IMG/VR virus record: IMGVR_UViG_3300030523_000001
Length of the DNA: 37,836 nucleotides
Source of the DNA: a virus
Strand: one strand, 5' to 3'
The first letter of the stretch is position 1; every line of letters starts with the position of its first letter. The notes below the pieces were generated by a model that did no database searches, had not been told where the DNA came from, and saw nothing but the letters and a program-made list of their open reading frames with translations. Below, one piece after another: positions 23,899 through 33,536 of this stretch. The position numbers and the translations under genes were made by a program.

Positions 23899-25773
23899 GT
23901 GTATGCGGTACTGAGGGTTGCGAAGCTCAAGACAATGGGTGAGATCGGCGCGTTAGGGAAGCATAACGAACGGACACGCGACACGCCGAACGCCGACGGG
24001 GAGCGCCTGCAAGAGAACGTCCGCCTGGCGGGAACGGGCGACTGGTGCGCCGACGCGCAATGCCGTCTTGACGATGCGCCGACGATACGCGCCAATGCCG
24101 TCCTCGCCATGGAACACGTCATGACCGCCAGCCGTGAGTTCTACCAAGCGGGCGACGTCGGCGAACAGGCCGCACGCCTGTCCGAGTGGACCGAGCGAAG
24201 CATGGCCTGGCTCCGCGAGACCTACGGCGACAAGAACGTGGTCGCCGCGGTGCTACACCGCGACGAAATCACGCCGCATATCCAGGCCCTCGTCGTTCCA
24301 ATTGACGAACGCGGCCGCCTCAACGCCCACGCCTACACGGATGGACGTGCGATGCTGGCGCGGATGCAAGACAGCTATGCTGCGGCCGTGCGCGAGATGG
24401 GCCTGGAGCGGGGCGTGCGGGGCAGTGTGGCCGAACACCAGACGGTCAAAGAGTTCTACGCCAAGATCGAGGAACCGACGCCAGCGCCCGAACTCGTCAA
24501 GGAGCGCCTTGAGGTAGACCGTCCGGGCCGTATCGTCGCTAACCCTGAGCGGTACGCAAGCGAGCAACAGGAGAAGATTGCCGAGCGCCTGGCCCCGGTC
24601 GTGGACGCCGCGCTCACGAAGGCGACGCACTACGAAGCGCAGGCCGCGAAGGCCGAGGCCAACATCGTCGTCTTGCAGCAGCAGGTCCGCGAGATCGCGC
24701 GCGAGCGGGACACGCTGAGAGAGGACTACAAGGTGCTGGCGGCGCAGGTCCGTGCCATCGACCTCCCGACCGTGATCGAGCGGTTAGGCGGTCAGGTGGA
24801 CCGCTACAACGCGCACAAGTACCACCTCGATGGTGAGCACATCAGCATCAACGGCGAGCGGTTCTATAACCACGACCAGCAAAAGGGCGGCGGGGGGGCT
24901 ATCGACCTGGTGATGCACGCGGCCAGCTACGACTACCGCGAGGCCGTCGCCTATCTCAGGGACACGCACGGCGCGGACGCGGCCATAAGCGCCGCGACGT
25001 GGCATGGCGCACGTCACGCGCAGGACGAGGCCCGTACGATCGTGGAGCACGCCGAGCGCCCGACCTTCCGCGCGCCGACGCCGGATGAGGCGCGTTGGGC
25101 ACAGGTGAGAAACTACCTCGTTGCAGAGCGCCAGCTACCGGCGTCGTTGGTCGACGACCTGCACGCGCGGGGGGCGGTCTACGCCGACAGCCGGAGTAAC
25201 GCTGTCTTTCTGCGCACGAATGAGGACGGCCAGGCCGTGGGTGCGTCGCTACGGGGGACGGCGCCGGGTTCGGAGTTCAAGGGGCTCGCCACCGGCACGC
25301 GCCGCGACGAGGGGCACTTCTCGTTCACCGTCGGCAAGGCCGAGATGCACGCCGCGCCCCAGGTCTACATCACCGAATCGCCCATCGACGCGCTGAGCCG
25401 CGCCGCGCTCTTGCTGGCGGCGGGCGATCGCCACGAGATGACGTTCGCCTCGACCGATGGACACGGAGAGTTGCCACGGCGGCAGATCGACGAGGGGCTC
25501 GCCCGGCATGCGTTGGTCCATTGCTCATTCGACAACGACGCCGGCGGGGCCACGCTGTGGAAACGGGTCCAGGAGGCGTACCCACGCGCCGAGGCCATCG
25601 TGCGGGATCGCCCGCCGACGGGCTGCAAGGATTGGAACGACGCCCAGCGCCAGCCCGCGCAGCGCCAAGAGCGCCAGGGAGAGCCGAGCCACCAGCGCGC
25701 GCACACGCCGAGCCATGGGCAGGGCGTGGGGCGGCACACCGGCCGGGACGAGCACGACGACCGGCGCCTCTAG
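23899..25773 (+). CDS. mob: MobV-family (Mob_Pre) relaxase fused to a DUF3991-like/Toprim primase-type C-terminal domain (624 aa, GTG start)
   Basis: N-terminus MYAVLRVAKLKTMGEIGALGKHNERT.. and ..VLHRDEITPHIQALVVPID.. (HxDE..PH.H) are MobV signatures, as is ..GLERGVRGSVAEHQTVKEFY.. . C-terminal motifs are ..GGGGAIDLVMH.., ..YITESPIDALS.. (Toprim Glu) and ..SFDNDAGG.. (DxD). Confidence 0.8.
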   Translation: MYAVLRVAKLKTMGEIGALGKHNERTRDTPNADGERLQENVRLAGTGDWCADAQCRLDDAPTIRANAVLAMEHVMTASREFYQAGDVGEQAARLSEWTERSMAWLRETYGDKNVVAAVLHRDEITPHIQALVVPIDERGRLNAHAYTDGRAMLARMQDSYAAAVREMGLERGVRGSVAEHQTVKEFYAKIEEPTPAPELVKERLEVDRPGRIVANPERYASEQQEKIAERLAPVVDAALTKATHYEAQAAKAEANIVVLQQQVREIARERDTLREDYKVLAAQVRAIDLPTVIERLGGQVDRYNAHKYHLDGEHISINGERFYNHDQQKGGGGAIDLVMHAASYDYREAVAYLRDTHGADAAISAATWHGARHAQDEARTIVEHAERPTFRAPTPDEARWAQVRNYLVAERQLPASLVDDLHARGAVYADSRSNAVFLRTNEDGQAVGASLRGTAPGSEFKGLATGTRRDEGHFSFTVGKAEMHAAPQVYITESPIDALSRAALLLAAGDRHEMTFASTDGHGELPRRQIDEGLARHALVHCSFDNDAGGATLWKRVQEAYPRAEAIVRDRPPTGCKDWNDAQRQPAQRQERQGEPSHQRAHTPSHGQGVGRHTGRDEHDDRRL

Positions 25774-25809
25774 CCACGTGACGCTGAGAGGGCGCGAGAG
25801 CGCATGAAG

Positions 25810-25860
25810 AAGGGCCGTGGAAGGTGGCGCTTTGTCGCACCCTTCGCCCTTCCACGGCCC
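25810..25860. terminator. Long hairpin between the convergent relaxase and coupling-protein genes
   Basis: AGGGCCGTGGAAGG (25810-25823) pairs with CCTTCCACGGCCCT (25847-25860). A 14-bp perfect stem with an inner imperfect stem. Confidence 0.5.
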
Positions 25861-25883
25861 TGTCATCGCGCCAAGCGACGGGT

Positions 25884-27974
25884 TTAGCGTTCGGTTAGCG
25901 CATAGTCCTGCGCGTACTCTCTCTCCTCGTCGTCCGACAGCCCCAGGACGCCGGACGCGCCAGCAGTTTCCGCCGCGTCGACGTCACCATCCTCGTCCGT
26001 ACCCTCATCGACGCCACCAGCGTCGGATGCCTCGCCCGCATCGTGGGCCTGTGTTGGCTCGTGCTCGGTGGTCAAAGGGCCGGCGTCGGGAGCGGTGTCC
26101 TCATCGTGGCCGTCGATGAACACAGGGGCCACGAGCGGGCCGTTAGGACGCGGCGGGCCAAGCGGGGACACCCAACTTTCACCCTCGACCGGCGCGCGGT
26201 CCCTCACCTCGGGGTCATCGTAGTACCGACGCTGAGTGAGCAACGCGGGCCGGCACTGGGGCATCTTCACCAGCAACTCGTCGGCGCGGATATTCATCAC
26301 CTCGTCGGGGGTCAGCAGCGCCCGCTTGGTCTCGCTCTGCGACGCCCCGCCGCGGTCGGTGGTGACGTGGAAGCGCCCGCGCTGCACGCTGCTACTCTGC
26401 GCCACCTCCGTGGCCTGCCCCAGCACGGACTCGCTGAACCATTGGGCGTCGTCGTCTACCATGTTGGAGAGGCCAAGCTTGGTGGCGCACGCGGCCTTGA
26501 TAGCGGTGAAGCCCTCCTCGCCGTAGGTCTGCACGAGCTGCACGGTGGTTTGCACGGCGTAGATGCCGTAGACGCCGGCGCTGCGCAGCAGGTTGATGAC
26601 CGTGGTGAAGCGTGGGACATAGCCGATAGCGCCCCACTCATCGGCGTAGAGCATCACATCGCGCTTCAAGCGGCCACCGGGTGTCGTGCGGGCGCTGGAG
26701 CCCAGCACGCGATAGAGGTCAAGGAAGAACGTCGCCGTGAGCGGGCGCAGTTCGTCAATCAACTCCGGGTCTAGGGCGATGAAGAGAGCGACCGGCCGGC
26801 CCTGGCCGCTGCCCAGGCGCGTCAGGTCGATTTCGTGCGTCGAGGTCGTCGCCTGGATCATGGGCTCGGAGAGCAGCATGAACTTGGGGCTAATTTCGCT
26901 CCAGATCGACCCGAGTAGCTTGTCATTCTTGCGCAGGTTGGACATAAAGCCGCGGGCCGCCTTGCGGGCGAGTGGCGCGGGGCTGTGGAGCAGTTCGTCC
27001 ATGACCCACTCCGCGCCATGGCCGTTGAGGAAGTCGTCGAGGTGGGCGAGCGTCACGGTCTCACCGCTGGGGTCCTTGCCCTGCAAGTGGAAGATGGCGG
27101 GCATCATCACGTCACGCGCCCAGTTATCCCACACCGGCTCCTTGTCGTTCGCGCCGGTGTTTTTGATCCAGGCATTCGTCCAGAGGGCCGTCAGGAGCGG
27201 GCTTGTGCAGCAGCGCAGGGGGTTATACGCCATGCTCGTCTCGGGCGAGGTAAAGTTGAGCAGCCACACGTCGTAGTGCGTGCTGAGGTGCGTGTACGCC
27301 TTCTGGAGCAGTTCCAACTTCAGGTCGGTGATAACCAGATCACGGACGCCCGTCTCGCGCAGGATGTTCGAGAGAATGAAGCCCGCCGTCTTCCCGCTGC
27401 CCATGACGCCGATGAGCAGCGTGTTGAGCACCTGCACGGAGCGGTCCATGGCAATGCTGACGCCGTGGCGCGTCCCGAGCAGGAGCGGCGCGCCTTTATA
27501 GGCGACGCCGCGCATCTCGGCGCGCGACATCCACCGCGCGCTCCCGTGCGCCGTCGAGGGCTTGAGCTTGTGCGGTCGTGTGTACATGAACCATCCGATG
27601 CGCCAGGCCAGCATACCCAGTAACACGAGTGGGAGCAGCACCTCGATGGCAATCACGCCGCCTAGGCCGCCGTGCGCCCGTGTGTGCAGCCACGCATAGC
27701 GCGCGTCGATGTTCGCTGTCCATTGACTCCACCCGATCGCCCGCACATGCGCGGTGAGCGGGCTGCTAATAGCCTGGATGAGCACCGCCGGGGGATAGGC
27801 GAGCCACACGTAGATGTGCCGCCACGCGGCCTGTGGCAGGCCCAGGAGCCACGCCAGCACGACAAGGCCGAGCACGGAGAGGGCGATGCGGGTACGACGG
27901 GAGAGGCTAGCCACACGCCCCATAGCGCCCTCACTGACCTGAAAAAAGAGGTGAGGTGTACGGACTGTTTTCAT
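25884..27974 (-). CDS. Type IV secretion coupling protein (VirD4/TraG/TraD family), about 696 aa
   Basis: N-terminal TM segments. Walker A ..LIGVMGSGKTAGF.. and Walker B ..VMLYADEWGAIG.. . ..SAGVYGIYAVQTTVQLVQTYGEEG.. is typical of T4CPs. ATG 27974 (GAGGGGG upstream) is preferred over the 28184 start. Confidence 0.8.
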   Translation of the reverse strand: MKTVRTPHLFFQVSEGAMGRVASLSRRTRIALSVLGLVVLAWLLGLPQAAWRHIYVWLAYPPAVLIQAISSPLTAHVRAIGWSQWTANIDARYAWLHTRAHGGLGGVIAIEVLLPLVLLGMLAWRIGWFMYTRPHKLKPSTAHGSARWMSRAEMRGVAYKGAPLLLGTRHGVSIAMDRSVQVLNTLLIGVMGSGKTAGFILSNILRETGVRDLVITDLKLELLQKAYTHLSTHYDVWLLNFTSPETSMAYNPLRCCTSPLLTALWTNAWIKNTGANDKEPVWDNWARDVMMPAIFHLQGKDPSGETVTLAHLDDFLNGHGAEWVMDELLHSPAPLARKAARGFMSNLRKNDKLLGSIWSEISPKFMLLSEPMIQATTSTHEIDLTRLGSGQGRPVALFIALDPELIDELRPLTATFFLDLYRVLGSSARTTPGGRLKRDVMLYADEWGAIGYVPRFTTVINLLRSAGVYGIYAVQTTVQLVQTYGEEGFTAIKAACATKLGLSNMVDDDAQWFSESVLGQATEVAQSSSVQRGRFHVTTDRGGASQSETKRALLTPDEVMNIRADELLVKMPQCRPALLTQRRYYDDPEVRDRAPVEGESWVSPLGPPRPNGPLVAPVFIDGHDEDTAPDAGPLTTEHEPTQAHDAGEASDAGGVDEGTDEDGDVDAAETAGASGVLGLSDDEEREYAQDYALTER

Positions 27975-27985
27975 GGTCTGCCCCC

Positions 27986-28237
27986 TCACCGTATCCGGCG
28001 CTTGAAGAACACTTCGTACCGGGTCGTCAGGCCAGGCGACCAGTAGCCGATCCATGCCCCGGTCTTGCGGGACACCGGGACCACATTCAGCATTTCCCAG
28101 CCCTGTTGCCCCATCTCGGCAACGGTGCGCCCCATAAACACGGCCAGGTCGTCGCACATGACCGTCTGAAAGCAGTACTCCCACCGCGCGGTGGTCGGGT
28201 CGGTAGCGTTGTTCGGTTGCTCGTACGTATGCATCAT
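27986..28237 (-). CDS. DUF4177-like small protein (83 aa)
   Basis: ..WEYCFQTV...MGQQGWEMLNVVPV...YEVFFKRR.. pattern. AGGAGGG upstream. Confidence 0.45.
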   Translation of the reverse strand: MMHTYEQPNNATDPTTARWEYCFQTVMCDDLAVFMGRTVAEMGQQGWEMLNVVPVSRKTGAWIGYWSPGLTTRYEVFFKRRIR

Positions 28238-28240
28238 GGC

Positions 28241-28678
28241 CTAACCCTCCTTATCGTCTTCTACGATGTGGCCCACCTCAATCGGGGCGAGCATCAACGG
28301 TTCGGGCGCGGCGTCGAGTGCGGGGCGTCCGTCCCACAGCACCCGCGCCTCCTCGGCGGCAATCTGCGCGGCCAGGCGCAGGACCGTGCGGGGAGAGGGC
28401 AAGCCCTCCGCGCGTAGTCCGGCGATCAGGCGCGGCCCATCCTCACTCCGACACACCAGCAGGCAGGCTAGCAGCAGGCCGCCCACGATGGCGAGCGGCA
28501 GCGCCAACGCGGGGAAAAGCGCGGCGCTCATGAGCACACCCGCCGTGAGGCCCACGCCAGCGGTAAGTATGCCCGCACCCTCCTCATTACGGGCCTGCCA
28601 TTCGCCCATGTGGCGCGACAACTCGTACCAGGGCATCCAGCGATACCAGCGGATACGGGTGCGATAGGGTGGTCTCAT
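28241..28678 (-). CDS. Membrane protein (about 145 aa, two predicted TM helices)
   Basis: AGGAGGGA upstream of ATG 28678. Hydrophobic ..AGILTAGVGLTAGVLMSAALFPALALPLAIVGGLLLACLLV.. . Confidence 0.5.
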   Translation of the reverse strand: MRPPYRTRIRWYRWMPWYELSRHMGEWQARNEEGAGILTAGVGLTAGVLMSAALFPALALPLAIVGGLLLACLLVCRSEDGPRLIAGLRAEGLPSPRTVLRLAAQIAAEEARVLWDGRPALDAAPEPLMLAPIEVGHIVEDDKEG

Positions 28679-28688
28679 AGTTCCCTCC

Positions 28689-29930
28689 TTAGTGCAAAAA
28701 TGGTATTTGTTTGACGGCGAGCGCACGACCACGCGAGAGGGCCATACCCAGGCCCGCGTCCGTGACCGACGTCGCGACCGCGCCCAGGATCGCGCCCGTC
28801 GAGCCCACGAACGACCCGACGACGGCGGGCGTCTTGTAGAGCAACAAGACGAGGCCGAGCGCGCCCAGCGCCGCCGAGAAGCCGCCCAGCTCGGAGAGGG
28901 GGCCGCCGCCGGCGAGCATGACGGCGATCACTTTCAGCACGACGCTGTACCCGAGCGGCCAGAGCGCCAGCGAGAGGGTCATCTTGACCCAGGCGCGGGC
29001 GATGATCTCCACGTACGGCGACACATAGCACGCCAGGCAGAGCGGTCCCACCAGGAAGAGCGCGCCGAGCATCGCCAGGCCGAAGTCGCGCACGACGACG
29101 GACAGGAGCACGAGCACGAAGGCGAGGAGCATCACCACGACGTCGAGGATGCCCTGGAGCGACAAGACGGCGTGCAGGCTATAGATCGCGCCCCGGATGG
29201 CCTGCCAGGCGCTCTCATGCGCGTCCAGGGGGATGCCATTGATCACGTCGGCGACGGCGTTGATGACCCCAAGCCCCCAGCCCATCAGCGTCGGGTAGCC
29301 GGCAATGAGCCCGGACACAACGACGCCCCGCCGCACGGGGCTCGTCAACTGGGCGAAATCCCCATGTCCTAATTGCTCCAGGTAGCGCGCGAACACGCCG
29401 AAGAGCAGGAGGCCGAAGAATAGGGTCGCGGCCAGTTCTTGCAGCGACGTCTGCACGTTGCGGATACCGCCCCAAGAGACCTCGTGGGGAATGTCGGGGG
29501 TATAAGTCAAGTCGTGCTGAAAGGGCGCGACCAGGCCGGTGAATCCGTCGCTCAGGTGGTGCTCAATGGGCGAGAACAACCCGACAACCAGGCCGTTCAC
29601 GACCGTACCGAGCGCGCTAAAGAGCGCCCCGACGCCCGCGCCGAGGTCGGGGCACCAGTTGAACAGGCCGGTGCAGTAGTGGGTTGGGTGCGCCGGGTTG
29701 ACGCCTTGCGGGAGGGGCGAGGGCGTCGGACTAGGCGACGGCATAACGGTCGGCGATGGATAAGGTGTCTGCGTGGGCGGCGGTGTGTAGGTCGGGTAGG
29801 GCGTTTGCGTGGGGATCGCCGTGGCGGTCGCTATAGGCGGTCGCGCGGCGGCCAGGCCCATGGACGGACCCAATAGCAGGGTAGCTAGCAGGAGGCCGAG
29901 CGCCAGGGCGAGGACGCGAGAGGAGCGCAT
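28689..29930 (-). CDS. Polytopic T4SS membrane protein (VirB6/TrbL-like) with signal peptide and Pro/Thr-rich spacer (413 aa)
   Basis: MRSSRVLALALGLLLATLLLGPSMGLAAA, then ..PTQTPYPTYTPPPTQTPYPSPT.., then at least five hydrophobic segments. Located between VirB4 and the T4CP. Confidence 0.5.
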   Translation of the reverse strand: MRSSRVLALALGLLLATLLLGPSMGLAAARPPIATATAIPTQTPYPTYTPPPTQTPYPSPTVMPSPSPTPSPLPQGVNPAHPTHYCTGLFNWCPDLGAGVGALFSALGTVVNGLVVGLFSPIEHHLSDGFTGLVAPFQHDLTYTPDIPHEVSWGGIRNVQTSLQELAATLFFGLLLFGVFARYLEQLGHGDFAQLTSPVRRGVVVSGLIAGYPTLMGWGLGVINAVADVINGIPLDAHESAWQAIRGAIYSLHAVLSLQGILDVVVMLLAFVLVLLSVVVRDFGLAMLGALFLVGPLCLACYVSPYVEIIARAWVKMTLSLALWPLGYSVVLKVIAVMLAGGGPLSELGGFSAALGALGLVLLLYKTPAVVGSFVGSTGAILGAVATSVTDAGLGMALSRGRALAVKQIPFLH

Positions 29931-29942
29931 GGGATAACCTCC

Positions 29943-30086
29943 TTACACGCCGCCGCAGAGGTGGAGCACCCAGGCGGCGACGTTCACATAGACGGGTAAC
30001 AGCAGGAGGAACACCCCCATGCTGACCAGGGGCACGAGGACGCAGTAGAAGAGAACCACCGCCACATCGTCGCGGGTGACACGCAT
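29943..30086 (-). CDS. Small hydrophobic protein (47 aa), below the ORF-track cutoff
   Basis: ATG 30086 is 1 nt after the VirB4 TAA. MRVTRDDVAVVLFYCVLVPLVSMGVFLLLLPVYVNVAAWVLHLCGGV. Its stop is followed by GGAGG and the VirB6-like start. Confidence 0.4.
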   Translation of the reverse strand: MRVTRDDVAVVLFYCVLVPLVSMGVFLLLLPVYVNVAAWVLHLCGGV

Positions 30087-30087
30087 C

Positions 30088-32784
30088 TTAACGCTCCCTC
30101 TTCGCGGCCAACTCGGCGATAGCGGCCGCCACGCTGCCCAGGCGCGCGATCGACTCGTTGCGCGCGGGCACGTCCGTCCATGTCTCGGTCGTGAAGCAGG
30201 CGTACTCCAGCGGCGGCGCCATCACATCGACCTCGCCGCGGCGACGGCTGCCGTCCTTGGCCTGACGGAACAAGACCATCTGACCCTCATGCAACGACGT
30301 CATCACATGCGCCTCCTCGACCGAGCATTGCAAGGCGCGCGCGGCCCACGCCGCCGTGTCCTCGTCGTCGCGCACGTCGGCCAGCCGGAACACGCAGCGC
30401 AAGCTCGCGGCGTCGAAGATCGGCTTGGTCGCGGGCTTAATCAACTCACTGACCTGTTGACTGGCAAAGGCGAGGATGAGCCCGATATGCCGGCTACGTT
30501 TGGCCCAGTTGGTCAACTCACGCCCGGCGCCCATGAACTCGGACAGGAACCAGCCCTCATCAATCGCGAGGAACTCCGCGCTGGCTCCGCGCGTCGCGTC
30601 GAACGTGCTCTTGGCGCGCTGGGCCATCGTGTCCGTAATCACGAAGAGCATCAGCGCATAGAGCGGCGGGTCGAGGTCGTCGAGGTTCCAGCACAGGACG
30701 TCCTCCGCGATGTTGACGCCGGTCGCGCGGTCCACCAGGTGCGCGTAGCGGCCCTCGCCGTGCGCAGGGTCAGTGACGTATTGCAAGAGCGTGGCGTGCA
30801 CCTTCTCCAGCAGCTCACGCTTGCGTTCAGTCACACCCGCGACGGCCGCGCGCGCCACCAACTCGGCGACCAGCTCGCGCTCAAGGGGCGCGTCCTCGCC
30901 TAACAGCGCGCGCTCCTCCCCCACCGGCGCCGCGTGGCGGGCGTAGACGGCCTGGATAGCGCGGTCAAGTTCGCTGCGCACCTCGCCGTCCAGTTCCTGC
31001 CCAGGGTTGCACAGCAGGATCTCGTGGGCCGCCACCAGGAAGCTCACCTTGCGGTTCAGTTTCTGGCCCGCCGGCAGGTCCCATAGGTTGATGATCGGCG
31101 GATCGTCCTGCTTGCCGGGCGCGATGTAGGCCCCGCCGCACAGCGCGACGAATGGCGCGAAGTGGTCGGCGCGGGCAATCAACGTCACCCGATGGCCTCG
31201 GTAGCGCGACCACAGGGCGCATCGTAAGAGCCAGAACGTCTTGCCCATGCCCTGAGAGCCCGTGACCGTCATGACCGACGTGGACAGGCTGGGGTGGATG
31301 AGATCGAGCAAGACGAGCTCGTGGCCACGGCTGGCGAAGCCAACGGGGAAGCCGGTCGGTGTGCCGGGATTGTGCGCCAGGAAGGGCAGCCCATTCCCGA
31401 TGGCGCTTGTGTGCCAGCGCTTGGCACGCCGCCGCGCCGTGTTCTGCCCGAGGGGCAACGACGCGCGCCAGAGTGGTCCCTGATAGCCGCGCCCCTTGCC
31501 GGGCTGGATGCCCAGGCGCGTGCCGATCAGGGAGAGCGCGCGACGCGTGGCCGTATCGAGCGCGGCCAGGCTCGCGGCCTGGAGCGTCAGGACGACGGTG
31601 GACAGCGCCAGGCCCTCCACGGCGCTATGCAGGTCTTGCGCGAGCGCGCCCGCCTCTTCCAGCGCGTCCTCGTCGTCGAGTGAGGGCAGGCGCTTGCGTT
31701 CGTAGGCACGGCGCACCGACGCGGCCGACGCCTTGCGCTTGCGCAGCACCCGCGTCCGTTCACGGAGGTTGTCCAGCCCGCGCAAGTGCCACGACAGCCG
31801 TGCCGTACACTCGATGGCAATGAGATCGCCCAAGTAGCCGGGACTCGTCAATTCCTTGGGCGTGAGCAAATAGAGTGAGCGTGTGTAGACCGTCGTACCG
31901 TCCTCGGTGACGTGCGCGATCTCGCGGCGGCGCTCCTGCCAGTGGTGGGGCGTGAGCATAGCTGCCAGGGTGCCCGCGTCGCACGCGTCGGCCAGCTCAT
32001 CGGGTTGCATGGCGCCAGGGTTGGCCGTACGCCACAGAAGCGCCAGGACATCGGGGCGACGCAGGCGATGGGCGGCCAGGTCAGACGCCTTGACCTGAGC
32101 CAGCGTGTCGTCTACGGCCGCGTCGAGCCCGTGGCGGTCGATGCGCTCCTCATCCACGCGCCGTAGTCCGAGCTGGTCGCGCGCCTCGTCGATGACGCCG
32201 GCCAGGCCACCGCGCGCCTCCGGGGCAGGGGCGACGATGAGGTAGCCGGAGAGATCGGGGACGTGGGTACGCGCCACCTCGCGCTCTAACCATTCAAGCG
32301 TCGGAGCGGCAATCCCGCGTAGCGTGCGGTCGGGCGTGGTCACGGTCGCGCTCACCGCGTCGATGACGGCCTCGGGGCGCACGGGGTTACTCTCGATGAT
32401 GACCTGCAACGGTTGCGCCTGGGCCAGGCCATGCACGAGGGCGGCGAACTCGCGACAGACGCGCTCCTGGTCGTGCGCGCCGAGACTGCGCAGGTTGAGG
32501 AAAGCGTCGACCCGCACGATAGCCAGGCAGGACCCATCGGCCAAGATGAGCGTCCCGTCCGGCTCGACCGTGAAACGGCCGGGGCCGGAGGGCAACGGCA
32601 AAGGCCCGGCGTCCGCCGACGCGACGCGCGACGGTTTAGGGACGCCGCCGTGAGAGGGCGTTGAGGCGTCGCCAGAGGGACGCGAAGGCAGGGCGCGACG
32701 GACAGCCCTGGCCCAGGCGTGCGGCGGCCGCAGCGGCGTGGCGCGGCCCGTGGGGCGTGTGGAGCGGGATGGGTTGGTTGTCAT
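30088..32784 (-). CDS. VirB4/TraC-type conjugation ATPase (about 898 aa; start uncertain between 32904 and about 32600)
   Basis: Walker A ..VTGSQGMGKTFWL.. and Walker B ..FLAIDEGWFL.. . ..RSRHIGLILAFASQQVSEL.. is also typical. The N-terminal about 100 aa are low complexity. Confidence 0.8.
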   Translation of the reverse strand: MTTNPSRSTRPTGRATPLRPPHAWARAVRRALPSRPSGDASTPSHGGVPKPSRVASADAGPLPLPSGPGRFTVEPDGTLILADGSCLAIVRVDAFLNLRSLGAHDQERVCREFAALVHGLAQAQPLQVIIESNPVRPEAVIDAVSATVTTPDRTLRGIAAPTLEWLEREVARTHVPDLSGYLIVAPAPEARGGLAGVIDEARDQLGLRRVDEERIDRHGLDAAVDDTLAQVKASDLAAHRLRRPDVLALLWRTANPGAMQPDELADACDAGTLAAMLTPHHWQERRREIAHVTEDGTTVYTRSLYLLTPKELTSPGYLGDLIAIECTARLSWHLRGLDNLRERTRVLRKRKASAASVRRAYERKRLPSLDDEDALEEAGALAQDLHSAVEGLALSTVVLTLQAASLAALDTATRRALSLIGTRLGIQPGKGRGYQGPLWRASLPLGQNTARRRAKRWHTSAIGNGLPFLAHNPGTPTGFPVGFASRGHELVLLDLIHPSLSTSVMTVTGSQGMGKTFWLLRCALWSRYRGHRVTLIARADHFAPFVALCGGAYIAPGKQDDPPIINLWDLPAGQKLNRKVSFLVAAHEILLCNPGQELDGEVRSELDRAIQAVYARHAAPVGEERALLGEDAPLERELVAELVARAAVAGVTERKRELLEKVHATLLQYVTDPAHGEGRYAHLVDRATGVNIAEDVLCWNLDDLDPPLYALMLFVITDTMAQRAKSTFDATRGASAEFLAIDEGWFLSEFMGAGRELTNWAKRSRHIGLILAFASQQVSELIKPATKPIFDAASLRCVFRLADVRDDEDTAAWAARALQCSVEEAHVMTSLHEGQMVLFRQAKDGSRRRGEVDVMAPPLEYACFTTETWTDVPARNESIARLGSVAAAIAELAAKRER

Positions 32785-33106
32785 GGCGTACGTCCTTACT
32801 GGCGCTGATGTAGGTATGACGGCGCAGGCTGTAGAACAGGTGTTGCCGGATGGTGGGCTCCCGGTTGGGATCAGCCATGGCGTAGAACACGAGGGCGAGG
32901 CCACCTCCGGCGATGCTCGTCAGGATGATGTGGCCGAACACGGCAAGTAGCGTCGTGCCGAAGACAAAGGCCCCGAGCCACCAGACACCGCCGGCAGCGA
33001 TCCCGGCCGTGAGCAAGGCCACGGTCTGCGCGATAGTGAGGTTGGCCGGACCGCGCCACGGCTCGTTAGGGACGCGCGGGGAGCGACGGTTGGTCATAGG
33101 TTGCAT
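32636..33106 (-). CDS. VirB3-like small membrane protein (2 TM); 3' end uncertain because the frame overlaps the VirB4 5' region
   Basis: From ATG 33106: MQPMTNRRSPRVPNEPWRGPANLTIAQTVALLTAGIAAGGVWWLGAFVFGTTLLAVFGHIILTSIAGGGLALVFYAM.. . Its position directly upstream of VirB4 is the usual one for VirB3. Confidence 0.4.
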   Translation of the reverse strand: MQPMTNRRSPRVPNEPWRGPANLTIAQTVALLTAGIAAGGVWWLGAFVFGTTLLAVFGHIILTSIAGGGLALVFYAMADPNREPTIRQHLFYSLRRHTYISASKDVRHDNQPIPLHTPHGPRHAAAAAARLGQGCPSRPAFASLWRRLNALSRRRP

Positions 33107-33195
33107 AGCGGGGTATCTCCCTGATAGAGAAAAGCGGTGGACGCCGGCCAGAGCCAGGTCCACCGCCAGCCTCGGTGCGGATTGATGATGCAGGG

Positions 33196-33420
33196 CTAGC
33201 CGATGTTGGCCCCGGCCTGCTTGGCGAGCGTGGCGGCGATAACCCGGATCAAGATGAGCAGGGCCATGCCCACGAGCGCCGTGCGCGTGACATCGGCGCC
33301 GTGGCGATAGCCCAGGATGCCGGCGAAGACACCCATGAACACGCCGACGATGCCCAGGCCAACGGCGGCCAGGACGATCTGCGTGCCAAAGGTGTTGATG
33401 AGATCGAGGAGCGTTTGCAT
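33196..33420 (-). CDS. Small two-TM protein, VirB2/TrbC-pilin-like; first gene of the T4SS operon (74 aa)
   Basis: Two hydrophobic helices separated by ..YRHGADVTR.. . AAGGA upstream. Operon position is consistent. Confidence 0.4.
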   Translation of the reverse strand: MQTLLDLINTFGTQIVLAAVGLGIVGVFMGVFAGILGYRHGADVTRTALVGMALLILIRVIAATLAKQAGANIG

Positions 33421-33504
33421 GGTCTACGAATCCTTTTGCTCGTGATCCCGTGCCATACTGCATCACCCATGGTAGAGTTGAAGGCGAAGCATATGGGACG
33501 GCTC

Positions 33505-33536
33505 TACGTGATAGTGGATGTACGTGATAGTGGATG
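33505..33536. repeat. Perfect tandem duplication of a 16-mer (TACGTGATAGTGGATG x2)
   Basis: 33505-33520 is identical to 33521-33536. Located 85-116 nt upstream of the T4SS operon start, in the 396-bp divergent control region. Confidence 0.95.
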
